The notes below the pieces were generated by a model. That model ran no database searches and was not told the origin of the DNA. It saw nothing but the letters and a program-made list of their open reading frames with translations. A program made the position numbers and the translations under genes. Source: Acidobacteriota bacterium (GTDB lineage Bacteria; Acidobacteriota; UBA6911; RPQK01; JAJDTT01). Taken from it: a stretch of DNA of 64,000 nt. Below, piece after piece: positions 60,248 to 64,000 of this stretch; position 1 is the stretch's first letter, and each line of letters opens with the position of its first letter. The stretch lies in contig CBDCJH010000002.1 of the NCBI GenBank assembly GCA_965217775.1, positions 3,328,001-3,392,000 on the forward strand, written 5' to 3'.

Positions 60248-61711
60248 CTACCGGAACTGAAACGAATAGAGATCCGCGTCCTTCATGAGGAAACGCAGCC
60301 GCACTGGCTGTCCGGCGATCCGGCTGAGGTCGCTGCCCCCCTTCCAGGTGACGACTCGCTCGATCTGGTCTCCGATGATCCGGACGGCGTCGTCCGCCGA
60401 GAAACCGGCGATGGGATTTCCGGCGGAGTCCCGAATCTCGACCCGGAGGCTTCCGGCCGCCGAGGTGGCGTAGTTGATCACCAGCTCGCTGCCGCTGAAT
60501 CGGAGGATCCTGGTGACCAACTCGCCTCCTTCGTAGGGAGCGCGGACCGACGAGAAGCCATCCGTACGCAACACCATCCGCTCCAGGCGAGCGGTCTTCT
60601 GAGCGTAGTCCCGCTGGACGTAGAAGGACATCTCCGCCGGGCCGGTGGGGACCACTCCCAGCGCCGGGTAATTGGTGCGCGAGGTCCAGTTGGTGAGGCC
60701 GATGCCGGGCCGGATGAGGCTCTCCCGGAAGGTGAAATCATAGATGGTGGTGCCGGCGCGGCTGGTCAGGAGGACGCCGTCCGCGATGTCCCGGACCCTC
60801 CAGTCAGGATCGCGCGGAAAGCCGGGATCCGTTCCCAGTTCCGCCGTCTGGGCCTCGTTCAGGACCCGGCGGCCGGCTTGAAAACGGCCCGGCAGGGCCA
60901 CGTAGATGTGGGGCGCCCGAAAGTAAGGGTGGGTCTGGTTGGTGTAGAGGTGCTGGGACGGGATTGTGGCGCCCGTATCGCTGTAGGTCATGAGGACGGG
61001 ATCGGTCCAGTTGAGGAAGTCCTGGGAAGTGGAACGCGCCACGGCCCGCCGCCCCCCGACTGCGTGCCGGCAGTAGAGGACGTAGCGTCCCTCCGCTTCC
61101 GACCAGAACATCACGTTCTGGGAGTCGAAGTGGTTCCTTATTTTCCTGGGGACGATCGCTTTGTCGCGAACCAGCTTCCAACGAATGCCGTCGGCGGAGA
61201 CGTAGCCGAGCAGTCCTCCCTTGGCTTCCATGTTGGCCTTGTAACGCTCGGCGGCCGGCACGCCTGGGCGGCCGTCGATGAAGGGGCAGAATTGGCGACC
61301 CGAGTCCAGGATCACGTTGTTCTCACGGCTCCCCTGAATCTCGATCAGACCCAGCGAAGGACGAGTCCAACGAATCCCGTCCCGGCTCTCCGCATAACAG
61401 GTATAGGACTGACGCCCCAGCCCGCAGCGGTAATACATGCGGTAGGTTTCGTCGTCCTTGAGGATCGTGGTGTAGAAGGAGTTCCAGTCCTCCCAGGGCT
61501 TCTCGTAGGAGATGGCGACGCCTCCGGGCCGGGGAACGTGCAGTTTCAGGCGGGTCCCCCGGAGCTGTCCGATCAAGTGGTAGTCGACGAAGAGCTCCCG
61601 CCGGGAGCCGATGTCCAACGACGCGTCGAAATCGGATTTCCCCCAACCGGTTCCCGCCACAGGAGACGACAACAGGACCGCCGTTCCCAGAACCAACACT
61701 CTCCATCTCAT
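60248..61711 (-). CDS. Uncharacterised beta-propeller GH-like family protein
   Basis: IGSRRELFVD, FDSQN, PYFRAPHIY, RLRFLMKDADLYSFQF; close to 12269. Confidence 0.82.
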   Translation of the reverse strand: MRWRVLVLGTAVLLSSPVAGTGWGKSDFDASLDIGSRRELFVDYHLIGQLRGTRLKLHVPRPGGVAISYEKPWEDWNSFYTTILKDDETYRMYYRCGLGRQSYTCYAESRDGIRWTRPSLGLIEIQGSRENNVILDSGRQFCPFIDGRPGVPAAERYKANMEAKGGLLGYVSADGIRWKLVRDKAIVPRKIRNHFDSQNVMFWSEAEGRYVLYCRHAVGGRRAVARSTSQDFLNWTDPVLMTYSDTGATIPSQHLYTNQTHPYFRAPHIYVALPGRFQAGRRVLNEAQTAELGTDPGFPRDPDWRVRDIADGVLLTSRAGTTIYDFTFRESLIRPGIGLTNWTSRTNYPALGVVPTGPAEMSFYVQRDYAQKTARLERMVLRTDGFSSVRAPYEGGELVTRILRFSGSELVINYATSAAGSLRVEIRDSAGNPIAGFSADDAVRIIGDQIERVVTWKGGSDLSRIAGQPVRLRFLMKDADLYSFQFR

Positions 61712-61905
61712 GATCGAACCTCCATTTCCGCGTCCGTTGCAGCTTTTCCGCCCTGCCCCCCATCACCTCGGGCCGGCTGAATACCAGAGAGTACAGGTCC
61801 CCGTCCGGAATCACCAAACTCGGTTGCTGCCGCCGGGAAACGGCTTGTGCTAATCTCCGTGAAACCGAGTCCCATGATGCATTCGCTTCGGAAAAGGAAA
61901 CTGAA

Positions 61906-62808
61906 ATGAGAACTCTCTGGCTCCTGCTGGCGAGCTTGGCGGCGGTCACTTCGACCGTGGCGGGTGCTTCGACCCCGCCGGCGCCGACCCACGCCGACGT
62001 GGCGTACGGACCGCACGCGCGCAACCGGCTGGATTTCTGGAAAGCGGAGGGCCAGGGTCCCCGCCCCCTCCTGGTCTTCATTCACGGCGGAGGTTGGACC
62101 GCCGGTGACAAGACCCGGCACATAGCGGATTTCTGGACGTACCTCGAGCGGGGCATCTCCTACGCCGCCGTCAACTACCGCCTGACCCCCGGGTCCCCCC
62201 TTCCGGCTCCGGTTCACGATGCGGCCCGGGCTATCCAGTTTCTGCGCTGGAAGGCCTCGGAGTGGAACATCGACAAGCATCGCATCGCTTTGACCGGAAG
62301 CAGCGCGGGAGCCTGCACCTCCATGTGGATCCTGCTGCACGACGATCTGGCGGACCTCCAGGCCGCCGACCCCGTACTCCGCGAGTCGACCCGGGTGACG
62401 GCGGCGGCAGTTCACGGCGGACAGACGTCCATCGACCCCAAGGTGATCGAGCCCTGGTTGGGACCGAACGTCCTGAAGCATCGGATGATCAACATGGCGG
62501 TGGGCGAGACGACCATCGAAGCCGCTCTGGCGAACTACGAGAAACACCGTCCGCTGTACGTCGAGTTCTCGCCCTACAATCACCTGACCGCCGACGATCC
62601 TCCGCTGCTGATGACGTATGGAAACAACATGACGCTCCCCTCAGAGGACGCCGGACACGGGATCCACCACCCCGTGTACGGGATCAAGGTGAAGGAGAAG
62701 TCGCGCCGCCTGGGGCACGAGTGCCACTTGCTGATCGAAGGCGTATCGAAGTCGGCGCAGTACGCCAGTGAGATGGAGTTCTTGATGGCGAAGCTGCTGG
62801 GCAGATAA
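61906..62808 (+). CDS. Secreted alpha/beta hydrolase (carbohydrate esterase-like)
   Basis: HGGGW, NYRL, GSSAG, GIHHP. Confidence 0.85.
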   Translation: MRTLWLLLASLAAVTSTVAGASTPPAPTHADVAYGPHARNRLDFWKAEGQGPRPLLVFIHGGGWTAGDKTRHIADFWTYLERGISYAAVNYRLTPGSPLPAPVHDAARAIQFLRWKASEWNIDKHRIALTGSSAGACTSMWILLHDDLADLQAADPVLRESTRVTAAAVHGGQTSIDPKVIEPWLGPNVLKHRMINMAVGETTIEAALANYEKHRPLYVEFSPYNHLTADDPPLLMTYGNNMTLPSEDAGHGIHHPVYGIKVKEKSRRLGHECHLLIEGVSKSAQYASEMEFLMAKLLGR

Positions 62809-62851
62809 ACGGCGGCTTCCGCGTTCGATTCAATATCGATGCGACACGACC

Positions 62852-64000
62852 ATGACGAACGCAGACGGTAACGGATTTTCCTTGTCGCGGTTGATCGGCT
62901 CCCGAAAGCCCGGCCTCACCCTGGAGCAGCCGTTCTACAACTCACCGCGGATCTTCGAACTGGACATGGAGAGGATCCACTTGCGCCACTGGCAGATCGT
63001 GGGCCACGTGAGCCGTCTGCCTCGCGCGGGGGACTATTTCCTCTACTCTCTGGGCGGCGAGTCGGTGGTGATCGTCCGGGACCGGGACGGTGAAATCCAC
63101 GCCCTGCTCAACGTGTGCCGGCATCGCGGATCCAGGATCTGCCTGGAGGAGAAGGGTTCGGTCAAGAGATTCGTCTGTCCCTATCACTCCTGGACCTACG
63201 GATTGGACGGAGCCTTGATCTCTGCCCGGCACATGCCCGATGGCTTCGATCGGGCGGAATATCCCCTGCATCGGTGCCAGGTTCGGGTAGTGGAGGGGCT
63301 GATCTTCATCTGCCTGGCGGAGAGTCCTCCACCCTTCGATTCCCTGGAACGAGACATCTCGACCCTCTTTGCCCCGCACGGCTGGCCGGCGGCCAGGACC
63401 TGTGCCCGGATCAGGCACGTCATCCGCGCCAACTGGAAGCTGGTGGCCGAGAATTTCTTCGAATGCTACCACTGCATCCACACCCATCCCGAGTTGACCA
63501 CCGTCATGGGCTACGTCCGCGCCGGCGAGTCGAAGCGCTTCGGCCGAGAGCTGGACCGCTACACCTCCCGGTGGAAGAGGGAGATCTGCCGCACGGGTCA
63601 TGATCCGGAGCCGTTCCAGCGTCCGGCCGGGATCCAGCAGCATGGGGGCCGCAGGCCCATCCGTCCGGGGTATCTGACCCAGAGCCGGACCGGCAGGCCG
63701 CTCGCGCCCCTCATGGGAGACTACGACGCCTATGACGGGGGCGTGTCCTCCATCATGTTCTTTCCCATCCACTGGCTGGTCGCCGGCAACGACTACGGAA
63801 TGGCCACCCGGTTCACGCCGCTCTCCCCTCAGGAAACCGAAGTCGAGCTCACCTGGCTCGTGCACCCGGACGCGGTCGAGGGCGTCGACTACGATCCCGA
63901 CAAGGTGACCTGGCTGTGGCTCAAGACGCTGGAAGAGGACCGGGAGATCTGTGAGAACAACCAGGCCGGCGTCAACAGCCGTTACTACCGTCCGGGTCCC
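62852..64000 (+). CDS. Rieske non-heme iron oxygenase alpha subunit (GbcA/CntA-like); runs off the window
   Basis: Not in the ORF track; translated by hand: NVCRHRG, CPYHSWTY, ANWKL..ENFFECYHC...HP, EEDREICE. Confidence 0.9.
   Translation, partial: MTNADGNGFSLSRLIGSRKPGLTLEQPFYNSPRIFELDMERIHLRHWQIVGHVSRLPRAGDYFLYSLGGESVVIVRDRDGEIHALLNVCRHRGSRICLEEKGSVKRFVCPYHSWTYGLDGALISARHMPDGFDRAEYPLHRCQVRVVEGLIFICLAESPPPFDSLERDISTLFAPHGWPAARTCARIRHVIRANWKLVAENFFECYHCIHTHPELTTVMGYVRAGESKRFGRELDRYTSRWKREICRTGHDPEPFQRPAGIQQHGGRRPIRPGYLTQSRTGRPLAPLMGDYDAYDGGVSSIMFFPIHWLVAGNDYGMATRFTPLSPQETEVELTWLVHPDAVEGVDYDPDKVTWLWLKTLEEDREICENNQAGVNSRYYRPGP

Noticed and set aside
1-64000. tRNA, rRNA or riboswitch genes
   Set aside because: None recognised by eye; a covariance-model scan would be needed to exclude them.

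Overview
GC-rich bacterial DNA, probably Acidobacteriota (inferred from the GWxTD protein and the Oar-type TonB-dependent receptor). Most of the window is a catabolic region for sulfated or otherwise decorated glycans. It holds 9 Cys-type sulfatases, 9 intact members of one uncharacterised beta-propeller/GH-like family (two with LamG domains), sialidase-like proteins, a GH109-like oxidoreductase, DUF1080, an MFS transporter and a sigma54-type promoter upstream of the TonB receptor. Small-molecule catabolic enzymes are mixed in. The region is heavily rearranged: many gene remnants, a 5' group II intron remnant interrupted by a MITE, a second MITE family, a truncated tnpB, and an AAA ATPase + DUF4276 pair. 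The most striking unexplained signal is an intergenic motif, CGGAAGAAA(C/T)AGACTGTCCCC(T/A)TTT, seen 11 times at 9 loci, often with local micro-duplications. It occurs once as a head-to-head 'empty' pair and once as an inverted pair bracketing the ATPase/DUF4276 cassette, which suggests an unrecognised cassette insertion/recombination system. All calls are by eye; no searches were run.
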